Notes under the pieces: generated by a model
Databases searched by the model: none
What the model was told of the DNA's origin: nothing
The model's input: only the letters and a program-made list of their open reading frames with translations
Made by a program: the position numbers and the translations under genes
NCBI GenBank assembly: GCA_945863425.1
Contig: CAMBBW010000001.1
Location: forward strand, 1-63,458
Length of the DNA: 63,458 bases
DNA from: Lishizhenia tianjinensis
GTDB taxonomy: Bacteria > Bacteroidota > Bacteroidia > Flavobacteriales_D > Crocinitomicaceae
Direction of reading: 5' to 3'
Shown here: in pieces, positions 10,063 to 19,201 of the stretch
How the letters are laid out: every line of letters starts with the position of its first letter
Numbering within the stretch: the stretch's first letter is position 1

Positions 10063-10064
10063 TG

Positions 10065-11351
10065 TTATAAATGGGGTAATAATTTTTCTAGTGCAATTCC
10101 GCGAGAACCTTTCAATAAAATAAAATGATCTTCTAAAATTGTTTGTTGAAAAAAGGAGATACAATCATTTATATTTAAAAATTTTCGGGTCGCTTTATTA
10201 TTTGTCAATTCATAAAACAAAGGCCCAACTGTAAAATATAATGCATTCTCCTCATTGAGGTAATTCAAAATCTCAGTGTGCTTTTCATCAGACACCGTTC
10301 CTAATTCGAGCATATCACCTAAAATTAGCACCTTCTTGGATGCGTCCATTTGAATAAAACTGGTAATGGCAGAAAGCATACTAGAAGGATTTGCATTATA
10401 ACAATCAACTAATAATTTATTCTTGACTGTAACAGTAATTTGAGATCTATTGTTTGACGGAACATAAGCCTCTAAAGAGGCATTAATTTTACATTCAGGA
10501 ACGTCAAATAATTTACCAAATCTAATGGCGGCTAAGAAATTATACAAATTGTACCCTCCAAACAAATGCGTTTGTACAACATTCCTTGTTTCTGAATCAT
10601 CCCACCAAGCAAAGTTCAAATACGGGTTCAATTGAATAATTTCTCCTTGTAATTCACTTTTATCACGAACTGAATAAAATCCATGTTCAATTTTGGTTGG
10701 TAAATTATCCATTAACACTTTATCATCTGCATTAATAATAATGAAACCATTTTGTTTGGATATAGAATGGAACAATTCCAATTTTGTTTTTAGAACTCCT
10801 TCAAAACTCCCAAATCCTTCTAAATGAGCAGCTCCAATATTTGTGATTATTCCATGAGTAGGTTCGGCAATTTCGCATAACTCAGAAATATCATAGGGTT
10901 TATTCGCGCCCATTTCAATGATTGCAATTTCATGGGTTGAGTTTACAGTTAAAAGTGTTAATGGCACCCCAATGTGATTATTCAAATTCCCTTTTGTTGC
11001 TAACACATTAAAATGGCTACTTAGAACTTGATAAATTAACTCTTTGGTAGTTGTTTTTCCATTTGATCCTGTGATTCCTATAAATGGAATATTAAATTTT
11101 TTTCTATGATGATTTGCCAATTTCTGAAGAAAAACTAAAGCGTTGGGAACATAAAATATAGTTTCGTCATCCGCATAGTTCTCTTCATCCACGATGGCAT
11201 ATTTTGCACCGGAATCAATCGTGCTTTTAGCAAAAGCATTACCATTGAAATTATTTCCTTTTAACGCAATAAACATACCGTATTGTTGTACGTTACGGCT
11301 ATCCGTAAATACTCCAGATGTATTATAAAAAAGTTGAAATAATTCGTGCAT
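10065..11351 (-). CDS. murF: UDP-N-acetylmuramoyl-tripeptide--D-alanyl-D-alanine ligase
   Basis: 428 aa. Mur-ligase P-loop GITGSNGKTTTKE with a MurF-like domain order. murF next to gldJ matches the synteny I recall in Flavobacterium. Confidence 0.9.
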   Translation of the reverse strand: MHELFQLFYNTSGVFTDSRNVQQYGMFIALKGNNFNGNAFAKSTIDSGAKYAIVDEENYADDETIFYVPNALVFLQKLANHHRKKFNIPFIGITGSNGKTTTKELIYQVLSSHFNVLATKGNLNNHIGVPLTLLTVNSTHEIAIIEMGANKPYDISELCEIAEPTHGIITNIGAAHLEGFGSFEGVLKTKLELFHSISKQNGFIIINADDKVLMDNLPTKIEHGFYSVRDKSELQGEIIQLNPYLNFAWWDDSETRNVVQTHLFGGYNLYNFLAAIRFGKLFDVPECKINASLEAYVPSNNRSQITVTVKNKLLVDCYNANPSSMLSAITSFIQMDASKKVLILGDMLELGTVSDEKHTEILNYLNEENALYFTVGPLFYELTNNKATRKFLNINDCISFFQQTILEDHFILLKGSRGIALEKLLPHL

Positions 11352-11354
11352 AAA

Positions 11355-11385
11355 TAAAAAAGGCCTGTTAAACAGGCCTTAAAAA
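11355..11385 (-). terminator. Rho-independent terminator downstream of gldJ
   Basis: GC-rich hairpin AGGCCTG-TTAAA-CAGGCCT (11361..11379), followed on the minus strand by TTTTTTATTTA. It lies between the gldJ stop (11392) and the murF ATG (11351). Confidence 0.8.
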
Positions 11386-11391
11386 TACTAA

Positions 11392-14121
11392 TTATGATTT
11401 TCTTTTTTTCTTTTTACCGTAATTTTTTCCGGTTGGACTTCCCACTCGATCCATTGCACACCTAAATCCAATGTTCCGTGTTGATTGTGTTTCATCCAAG
11501 AATCTTCTTGTACCACAACCTAACCAATACGCATTATCTTCCCAAGACCCACCTTTGTATACACGCGTTCTATCAGAAACCAATGTTGTAGGAGTTCCTT
11601 TGTTCCATTCGGATGAATTGATTTTAGTTCCGTCCAAATTATATCTTTCATGATCGTTTTGATACATTACTAATTTCGGATCTCTTTTTCCAAGATTAAT
11701 ATCTTTTTTACGAGCTTCATTTTGATAGAAAATTGAAGATTCGATATCACCATCCAAATAATCGATATAATCATCTTTACGATAATTCAACCTACCCAAA
11801 TTCTCTTCCTCTGTTACACGACGATAACGCATTTGACCTTCCGTTTCAGAAATGTATTCTGTTAATCCATTTCTCAACACTGCAATCATCGTAGTTAAAG
11901 CAGGATCATCCAAATAATTTGGAAATAAACGCGTAATGTATGCATCATTAAAAACACGCCCCCACAAACCTCTATTAATCAATCGTGTAGCTTCTGTTGT
12001 TCTCAAGTTATTTGTTAGATAAATTGCTGAATCTAACCAATAATGAACTGAATCTATGAATTGTAATTCTTTTTTATACTGGGATCCTTTAATGTTATAT
12101 ACATCTAGATTATTTCCAGAAGAAATAAATAGTTGATCTGGATTAACGCCTTTTCTTGATTCAGCAGCATGTTTTGATTGAGCTTTCGCGTTTATTCCAT
12201 TAAAATCTAATGGCTTTTTATCTAAAACATTAAATTCAACCGTGTAAGAATATTTTTGCAAAGGTGTTGTTCCAGGTTTCTCAACATTAACAACAATGGC
12301 GTATTTACCTGCAGGCATGTTATATTTTGCTTTGATCACACCAGTTGAATCGATTTCAAAATATTTCTTGTCTCCATTAATTTTAAAATTCAGATTCTTT
12401 TTAGCAGGTGTTTTATTAATTAAATCTCCTTTTGGAGCATCGCTTGAAAAAGGATAATTAATTGTATCTAATTTACATGAAGTAACTATATCATTTTCAT
12501 AAAAGAATTCAAAATCCGTTTCTGCCACGCCATTTCCTTGTCTATCCAAAGGATTCCATTCTTTTTTATTTGCACCATCACTACCCGCAATTCGTTGATA
12601 ACGAACACGTTCAAAGTCTAACACATATTGTTTCATACCATGAACGTCATAACGAATTCGATCGTTTTTCATAGCGTCTTGAACACCAATAGTTGTGGTT
12701 AACTTAGTTGTGTATACATTTCCTCTAAAAGGGCTAAAACCATCCACATCATCTAATGAGTTTGGTCGGTAAACATCTTGAACCCACTCAGAAACATTTC
12801 CTGCCATATGGAATAATCCAAAATCATTTGGCCAAAAAGATTCAACTGGGGCTGTTGGTGCAGCACCATCATTTAGATTACCTGCAATTCCCATGTAATC
12901 ACCTGAACTTCGCATGAAATTAGCTTGAATTGACCCTTGAAATTGTTCCTCTTCACGTCTCACCCAGTGACCATTCCATGGATACGTTCTGCGGTCCGTA
13001 TAATTTTCAGAATTTTCCTGTAAGTTCCCAATTAAGCCTGTTGCAGCATATTCCCATTCTGCTTCGGTTGGAAGCCGGTAGTTTGGCAATAATATTCCAT
13101 CTTCCATACGAACGATTCGTGCTCCGTAATTACCTTGTCCACCTTTATTTACTGACCGTGCACTTGGATTATAATTTCTCAGGCGACGACCATTATCCGG
13201 TTGTGACTCTTGCGTAAATACTTCGTCTGGAGTACCCTCATCCTCCACAACTTCTTCCTCCGTTTCTTCCTCAGACGAATAATTACGATTTGCTTCTCTT
13301 GGAGCTGGCTGTAAACCAAAATATTGACCACTTAAGTATGCCTCCGTTGAAAACATTTGAAAAGGACTCAACTCTTTATTACCCATTTCCCAATCTAAGA
13401 TTCCCTCACGTGCAAGTATATATTCATTAACCCGATCTGTTCTCCATTTACAATACTCGTTTGCCTGTATCCAAGAAACTCCAACTACAGGATAATCTCT
13501 GTATGCAGGATGACGTAAATAATAATTTACAAAATGTTCCATAGAAGACAATGGACTTCTCCAACATAAGGTGTCTGGTAAAGCTTTTCGATACACCTCT
13601 TGGTAATTAGAAGTAAATGATTCATTATAATTATCAACATATTTTTTAAATGCACTTTTATCTCCTGAAAGGTCCTTAATTGAATCTAAATTCGCAAATT
13701 CTTGAATTTCCAAATCTTCGGTTGCATCTGGCTCATAACGATTCGGATTTAACGGATCAACACTTCCATAAACTCTACCCAACCAAAATAAATATTCTAA
13801 ATAATCGAAATTAGAAACTTCGGTTTGATCTATGTAAAAAGAAGGTACAGTAACTTTTCTTGGATTATTATTCCAATCTCTCATGACGTCTTGCTCCGTC
13901 ATACCCATGGTGAATGTTCCACCTTCTACCAAAGTTAAACCAGGACCTGTTTCTTGATCCATTGCTGGGAATTTTTCAAAACCACTTCCAAATTTCTCCG
14001 GACTATTGTGGTGCCATCCTGTAGATTTAGATCTTTCCGGTTGACAAGAAACCAGAAAAATAACTCCACAAAGAACGGCGCTGCTTTTTATAAAAAAATA
14101 ACTCATTGCTTTCGATTTCAT
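11392..14121 (-). CDS. gldJ: Gliding-motility/T9SS-associated lipoprotein GldJ (formylglycine-generating-enzyme/sulfatase-modifying-factor fold), unusually long
   Basis: 909 aa. Lipoprotein signal (VIFLVSCQ). N-terminal ETGPGLTLVEGGTFTMG...DWNN and C-terminal YKGGSWEDNAYWLGCGTRRFLDE...IGFRCAM match my memory of GldJ/GldK. Synteny with murF, porU and porV. Confidence 0.8.
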   Translation of the reverse strand: MKSKAMSYFFIKSSAVLCGVIFLVSCQPERSKSTGWHHNSPEKFGSGFEKFPAMDQETGPGLTLVEGGTFTMGMTEQDVMRDWNNNPRKVTVPSFYIDQTEVSNFDYLEYLFWLGRVYGSVDPLNPNRYEPDATEDLEIQEFANLDSIKDLSGDKSAFKKYVDNYNESFTSNYQEVYRKALPDTLCWRSPLSSMEHFVNYYLRHPAYRDYPVVGVSWIQANEYCKWRTDRVNEYILAREGILDWEMGNKELSPFQMFSTEAYLSGQYFGLQPAPREANRNYSSEEETEEEVVEDEGTPDEVFTQESQPDNGRRLRNYNPSARSVNKGGQGNYGARIVRMEDGILLPNYRLPTEAEWEYAATGLIGNLQENSENYTDRRTYPWNGHWVRREEEQFQGSIQANFMRSSGDYMGIAGNLNDGAAPTAPVESFWPNDFGLFHMAGNVSEWVQDVYRPNSLDDVDGFSPFRGNVYTTKLTTTIGVQDAMKNDRIRYDVHGMKQYVLDFERVRYQRIAGSDGANKKEWNPLDRQGNGVAETDFEFFYENDIVTSCKLDTINYPFSSDAPKGDLINKTPAKKNLNFKINGDKKYFEIDSTGVIKAKYNMPAGKYAIVVNVEKPGTTPLQKYSYTVEFNVLDKKPLDFNGINAKAQSKHAAESRKGVNPDQLFISSGNNLDVYNIKGSQYKKELQFIDSVHYWLDSAIYLTNNLRTTEATRLINRGLWGRVFNDAYITRLFPNYLDDPALTTMIAVLRNGLTEYISETEGQMRYRRVTEEENLGRLNYRKDDYIDYLDGDIESSIFYQNEARKKDINLGKRDPKLVMYQNDHERYNLDGTKINSSEWNKGTPTTLVSDRTRVYKGGSWEDNAYWLGCGTRRFLDETQSTRNIGFRCAMDRVGSPTGKNYGKKKKRKS

Positions 14122-14173
14122 ACTTTTTGAGTTTGTTAAGAATCTTACTAACGTCTATTATTAAAAAAGGTTA

Positions 14174-15151
14174 CTAAAAAGAAGGACAAGAAATCGTTCT
14201 GAACGCTCTTGGTTTTCTTCTACATTTTAAATTATATCCCATTGATACCTCATGCGAACCTCCGGATATTCCATTTCCTAATTTAGAAACTGTTACATCA
14301 TAGCTGTATCCCAGTTTAAATTTACCTGTATTCACTCCAAATGTTAAAATAAATGCATCGCGATTACGATACCATGCTCCAACATTGAAATTACCGTATT
14401 TTATGTACGTACCAATATTTAATTCTTGAAAACCATTTTGATATTGATAAATAATATTCGGCATGATTGAAGTCACATTGGAATACTTGGATTTAGAACC
14501 CAAAGCAATTTCAGCACCCACATGTCCTGTAAAGCGCATCGGCAAACGAGACTGACCTAAAATCATGGATTCATCAGGTCGGTTCAAGTGATTAATTGCC
14601 ACGCCACCAAAAAATCGTTTTGTAAAAACAACCGCTCCAGCCGATACATCGAAAAAACCACGATTCCCACCCCTTGCAACATCACCTGTTTGGTAAATAA
14701 AACCACGACGAGGATCAATCATATCGCCAAAAGTTAGCTTATCCCAATCTAAAAATTTCTGGTACCAAGAAGCTTTTGCGCCAAACATCATGGAAGCTTT
14801 ACGGCTCAATTTAACATGATATGAATAAATCAACCCAATCATTGAGGTTTGAATAGTGCCCTGTCCTTGTTGGTCATGCATAGCCAAAACGCCAATTCCA
14901 CCGCTTACGTTTTTAGCGTAAGTATCGTATGCTGCAGCATAGGTCACATAATTCCCCGTTAGCTGTGGCCATTCATTTCTATAATTCATTGCTAATCGTG
15001 GGCACCCATGAGATCCGGCTAGTGCTGGATTTAAGTAAACCGGATTCGAATAGAATTGAGTAAACGTAGGGTCTTGGGCAAGTAATTTAAAACTTGCAGA
15101 CCACAACAAAACTGTTGTGAAAAACAGTATATCAGTAACTTTTATTTTCAC
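14174..15151 (-). CDS. PorP/SprF-family type IX secretion system membrane protein
   Basis: 325 aa, GTG start, signal peptide, then the family signature DPTFTQFYSNPVYLNPALAGS. Beta-barrel-like through to the C-terminus. Confidence 0.85.
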   Translation of the reverse strand: MKIKVTDILFFTTVLLWSASFKLLAQDPTFTQFYSNPVYLNPALAGSHGCPRLAMNYRNEWPQLTGNYVTYAAAYDTYAKNVSGGIGVLAMHDQQGQGTIQTSMIGLIYSYHVKLSRKASMMFGAKASWYQKFLDWDKLTFGDMIDPRRGFIYQTGDVARGGNRGFFDVSAGAVVFTKRFFGGVAINHLNRPDESMILGQSRLPMRFTGHVGAEIALGSKSKYSNVTSIMPNIIYQYQNGFQELNIGTYIKYGNFNVGAWYRNRDAFILTFGVNTGKFKLGYSYDVTVSKLGNGISGGSHEVSMGYNLKCRRKPRAFRTISCPSF

Positions 15152-15203
15152 GTAATAAGGTTTAGACGCGATTAGTTATAACGTTCGAGTTAATATAAGG
15201 TTA

Positions 15204-15211
15204 CAAAAATA
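15204..15211 (-). promoter_or_regulatory. Candidate -7 promoter box (TATTTTTG) for the PorP/SprF-like gene and gldJ
   Basis: Exact TAnnTTTG on the minus strand, 52 nt upstream of GTG 15151. A TTG lies 19 nt further upstream. Confidence 0.35.
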
Positions 15212-15263
15212 GACTATTTTGTGAAATAAACAACTTTTTTTTCCGTTGAGGAATTTAAAAACC

Positions 15264-15271
15264 TATTTTTG
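15264..15271 (+). promoter_or_regulatory. Candidate -7 promoter box (TATTTTTG) for porU-porV
   Basis: Exact TAnnTTTG on the plus strand, 4 nt before ATG 15276 and 10 nt before the in-frame ATG 15282. The second ATG may therefore be the real start. Confidence 0.3.
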
Positions 15272-15275
15272 ATTT

Positions 15276-18200
15276 ATGAAAATGACCAAATGTTTCTTTC
15301 TTAAGATTTTCTCATTATTTATTTTGAGTTTTCTACCTATAAATTCATTTTCACAACAAGTAATTGATTTAGTTATCTCATGGCAAGAACCTAAAATAAT
15401 TCAGCATGGTCAGGAATTAATAAAAGTACCCTCTATTGCTAATCAATCCTTGGATGGGTTAAAACCAACTTATTTTTGGAAAGAAAAGACAAGTAATGGA
15501 AAAAAAATAGAACTTATTTCATTTGAATCTATTGATGCGCTTCCTGAGGAAACGCAGTATTTAAATACCTTTATTCCTGAACTTGGGTCAATCCCAGAGA
15601 TTAATTTTCAAATCACCAAAGCAGGAAAAGAAAATTACGCTGTAGTATACGCGGCTCCATTTTTTAAATCATCTAATGATATAAAAAAAATTACCTCAAT
15701 AAAACTGAATCTTATTGATGCAGAAACGCCAATGATTTCAAAAGATTTTGCCAGTTCCTCCGTTTTAAAGGAAGGTACTGGTTTTTGGTATAAAATTGCC
15801 GTAACCAAAGACGGAATTTACAAAATAGACAAATCTTTTTTGGACGCATGTGGAATTAACACAAGTAATTTGAACCCAAATCATATCAATATTTATGGAA
15901 ATGGTGAAGGGGTTCTACCTGAGAAAAATTCAACTCCTAGAATCGATGACTTGGCGAAAAATTCCATTTATGTTCACGGTGACTCTGATGGAGTTTTTAA
16001 TGATGCGGATTACATCCTTTTTTATGGCTGGGGGCCACACCGATGGCAACCTAATAATGCTAATAATTTTACGAGAATCCAACATTTGTATTCGGAAAAT
16101 TCTTACTATTTTATAAATATCGATGCAACTAATACTCCAGCACGAATTACATCTAATCCTTCAATTTCTGATCCGGCTACAAAATTTATTGACACCTATG
16201 ATTATCGGGAAATACTTGAAAATGAAACAACCAATCTCGTAGGTGGTGGACAACGATGGTATGGAGATCTATTCGATATTGATTTAGAAAAAACGTTTAA
16301 TTTCTCGATTCCTGACATGGATACTTTCCCAATTAAAATAACTACCGCACTAGCCACTAGCGGCCAAGGAACGACTCAAAAGTTTAGTTTAAGTGGTACA
16401 ACATTGTTTTCATCTAGCATGAATTATTTTGGGGATTTTTCACGTTCAGAAAGCAACTTCTCATTTTACACTAGTCAAACCAATATCCCACTCAAAGTTT
16501 CAATTACACGCAATAATCCTTCAATTCTGACATATTTAGATCACATCACCTTAAACACGAGAAGGAAATTAAGTTTTTATGGGACTCAAATGAATTTTAG
16601 AAATCTTACTGGAGCTCAGCCGGGAATAGTTAGCGAATACAGCATAAATTCAATGTCGCAAAGTGGATTTATATGGGATTTACTAGACAAGAACAACCCA
16701 AAAATCATTCCTGGGAGCTTCTTAAATGGTAAATATATTTTCAAAACAGATGACAGTTACCGGGAATTTGTTGTTTCCAATGGAACCTCATTTTATACCC
16801 CCGAGCGCATCGGTAGTGTAAATTATCAAAACCTACATGGCCTAGATCAAGCAGATTATTTAATTGTAACACACCCAGATTTTCTAGGTCAAGCAACGCG
16901 TTTAGCTGATCTACATCGTCAAAACGGTACAACTACTCATGTAGTAACAACCAATCAAATTTACAATGAGTTTAGTTCCGGTAGTCCGGATGCCACTGCG
17001 ATTCGTATGTTTGCAAAAATGTTTTATGATAGAGCCATTGCAAATCCTGGGACTGCACCGAAGCATCTTTTATTATTTGGTGATGGCACGTACGACCCAA
17101 AAAACAGAGTGGCTAACAATAATAATTATGTTTTAACATATCAAGCTTTAAATAGTGAGAATTACATCTCTTGCTATGTATCAGATGATTATTTCGGACT
17201 ATTAAATGACAATGAATCATTTACAAGTGCTGATTTGTTAGATATAGGAATAGGAAGATTGCTGATTTCTGATTTGACACAAGCTAAGCAGCAAGTGGAT
17301 AAAATAGAGCATTACATGAAAAATGGTTCTTCTTTATTTAATAGCAATACTGGGTCTTGTTGTTTAAATACAAATAACAATTTAACATATGGAGATTGGC
17401 GGTTGAAGTATGTTCAGATAGCAGATGATGAAGAGGAAGGTTATTTTATAAATTTTGATACTGAACCACAATATAATTCTGTCAAGAATAATCATTTTGA
17501 AATGAATTGCGACAAACTTTACATGGACGCTTATCCACAGCAAACTACCGCAGGTGGACAACGATTTCCAGATGTTTACAATGCAATAACTGATAGAGTT
17601 CAACGAGGAGCATTGATTGTGAACTATGTTGGTCATGGCGGAGAAGTAGGTTTAGCAGAAGAAAGAGTTGTGACAATTCCGCAAATTAACAGCTGGACAA
17701 ATATCAATGCCCTACATCTTTTTGTTTCCGCAACCTGTGAATTCACTAAATATGACGATCCAAAAAGAGTATCAGCTGGGGAATGGGTTTCATTGAATCC
17801 TTCAGGCGGTGCAATTGCTTTAATGACTACAACACGTTCGGTATATTTTGGAGTAAATTCAACTACTGGACAGGCATTCTACAACCATGTTTTTGATAGA
17901 AACACCGATGGAAGTCCACTCACTTTTGGTGAAATCATGATGAAAACAAAAAATGACGTTGGGCAAAATGAGAACAAACGTAGTTTTACCTTAATTGGAG
18001 ATCCAGCGTTAAAAATCGCCCTGCCTCAATTGAAAGTTGTAACCGATAGCATTAACGGAAAAAACCCATTTATACTAATAGATACCTTAAATGCCTTGAG
18101 CACTGTTCGAATTAAAGGGCATATTGAAGATAATTCAGGGAATTTACTTTCAACGTATAACGGACAACTCATTCCTTCCATTTTTGACAAGGTGAAAACA

Positions 18201-19109
18201 CAAAAAACACTTGGTCAAGATCCGGAATCACCTGAAATTGAATACAACCAACAGCGCAATGTAGTCTATAAAGGTAAAAACTCAATTACCAATGGGTATT
18301 TTGATTTTACATTTGTTGTGCCCAAAGACATTGCATTAAATATGGGAAGAGGTAAAATAAGTTATTATGCCTTCAACGATGCGTCAGATGCTTTTGGTTT
18401 TGATACCAACTTCAGAATTGGAGGAATCAATGCAAATGGAATTAATGACATTGAAGGTCCCCAACTCAATCTATATATCAATGATGAAAATTTTATTAGC
18501 GGTAGTATAACCGACGAATCACCCGTAATGATTTTAAAAGCCTTTGATGAAAATGGAATAAACACAGTAGGTAATGGTATTGGACACGATTTAGTTGCAA
18601 TACTTGATGGTAATTCGTCTGAACCAATACTTTTAAATGATTATTATTCGGCAGCATTAGATTCTTATCAATCAGGTGAAATTCGTTATCAATTCACTAA
18701 TCTTGAGCAAGGAAAACACACTCTAGAAGTGAAAGTTTGGGACGTTAACAATAATTCTTCCGTCGTAAAAACAGAATTCATTGTGCAGAATAAAGCAAAC
18801 ACAATGTTGGAACACGTATACAATTATCCAAATCCTTTCACAACAAGAACCTCTTTTCAATTCGAACATAACCAATCTTGCAGTAATTTAGATGTACAAA
18901 TTCAGATTTTTACGATTTCTGGAAAACTTGTTAAGTCAATAAATAAAGCAGTAAATACTATAGGTTTCCGAACGGAAGGAATTGAGTGGGATGGTAAGGA
19001 CGACTTTGGGGATGCGCTCGCAAAAGGAGTTTATGTTTATCGTTTATCAGTAAAAAACAACACGGGTGAACAAGCTGAAAAAATAGAAAAACTAGTTTTG
19101 TTGAAATAA
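15276..19109 (+). CDS. porU: Type IX secretion system sortase PorU (C25 gingipain-like peptidase)
   Basis: 1277 aa with a signal peptide. His/Cys contexts NYVGHGGEVG and VSATCEFTKYDD resemble C25 peptidases. CTD-like C-terminus (NYPNPFTTRTSFQF...). Immediately upstream of porV. Confidence 0.85.
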   Translation: MKMTKCFFLKIFSLFILSFLPINSFSQQVIDLVISWQEPKIIQHGQELIKVPSIANQSLDGLKPTYFWKEKTSNGKKIELISFESIDALPEETQYLNTFIPELGSIPEINFQITKAGKENYAVVYAAPFFKSSNDIKKITSIKLNLIDAETPMISKDFASSSVLKEGTGFWYKIAVTKDGIYKIDKSFLDACGINTSNLNPNHINIYGNGEGVLPEKNSTPRIDDLAKNSIYVHGDSDGVFNDADYILFYGWGPHRWQPNNANNFTRIQHLYSENSYYFINIDATNTPARITSNPSISDPATKFIDTYDYREILENETTNLVGGGQRWYGDLFDIDLEKTFNFSIPDMDTFPIKITTALATSGQGTTQKFSLSGTTLFSSSMNYFGDFSRSESNFSFYTSQTNIPLKVSITRNNPSILTYLDHITLNTRRKLSFYGTQMNFRNLTGAQPGIVSEYSINSMSQSGFIWDLLDKNNPKIIPGSFLNGKYIFKTDDSYREFVVSNGTSFYTPERIGSVNYQNLHGLDQADYLIVTHPDFLGQATRLADLHRQNGTTTHVVTTNQIYNEFSSGSPDATAIRMFAKMFYDRAIANPGTAPKHLLLFGDGTYDPKNRVANNNNYVLTYQALNSENYISCYVSDDYFGLLNDNESFTSADLLDIGIGRLLISDLTQAKQQVDKIEHYMKNGSSLFNSNTGSCCLNTNNNLTYGDWRLKYVQIADDEEEGYFINFDTEPQYNSVKNNHFEMNCDKLYMDAYPQQTTAGGQRFPDVYNAITDRVQRGALIVNYVGHGGEVGLAEERVVTIPQINSWTNINALHLFVSATCEFTKYDDPKRVSAGEWVSLNPSGGAIALMTTTRSVYFGVNSTTGQAFYNHVFDRNTDGSPLTFGEIMMKTKNDVGQNENKRSFTLIGDPALKIALPQLKVVTDSINGKNPFILIDTLNALSTVRIKGHIEDNSGNLLSTYNGQLIPSIFDKVKTQKTLGQDPESPEIEYNQQRNVVYKGKNSITNGYFDFTFVVPKDIALNMGRGKISYYAFNDASDAFGFDTNFRIGGINANGINDIEGPQLNLYINDENFISGSITDESPVMILKAFDENGINTVGNGIGHDLVAILDGNSSEPILLNDYYSAALDSYQSGEIRYQFTNLEQGKHTLEVKVWDVNNNSSVVKTEFIVQNKANTMLEHVYNYPNPFTTRTSFQFEHNQSCSNLDVQIQIFTISGKLVKSINKAVNTIGFRTEGIEWDGKDDFGDALAKGVYVYRLSVKNNTGEQAEKIEKLVLLK

Positions 19110-19201
19110 TTTACAATAAAAGTTTCGGAATTACGTATATTTACCGTCTTAACTGTCTTAAATAAATAGTTTTTGGCGTGCGAAATTTGAACAAATAAAA
19201 C

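Noticed and set aside
8319-10164. N-terminal extensions in the track: BNR gene to 8354, M61 peptidase to 10164. The same issue affects wza to 43519, the beta-barrel gene from 23239 and bshA from 23979.
   Set aside because: Internal ATG codons give canonical signal peptides or homolog-like N-termini. They also remove long overlaps with neighbouring genes, so the extensions are probably not translated.
19146-19161. Direct repeat GTCTTAA-CT-GTCTTAA in the porU-porV spacer
   Set aside because: Two 7-mers in AT-rich DNA are within chance expectation. No exact -7 box is nearby (the closest is TAGTTTTTG, with one extra nt).
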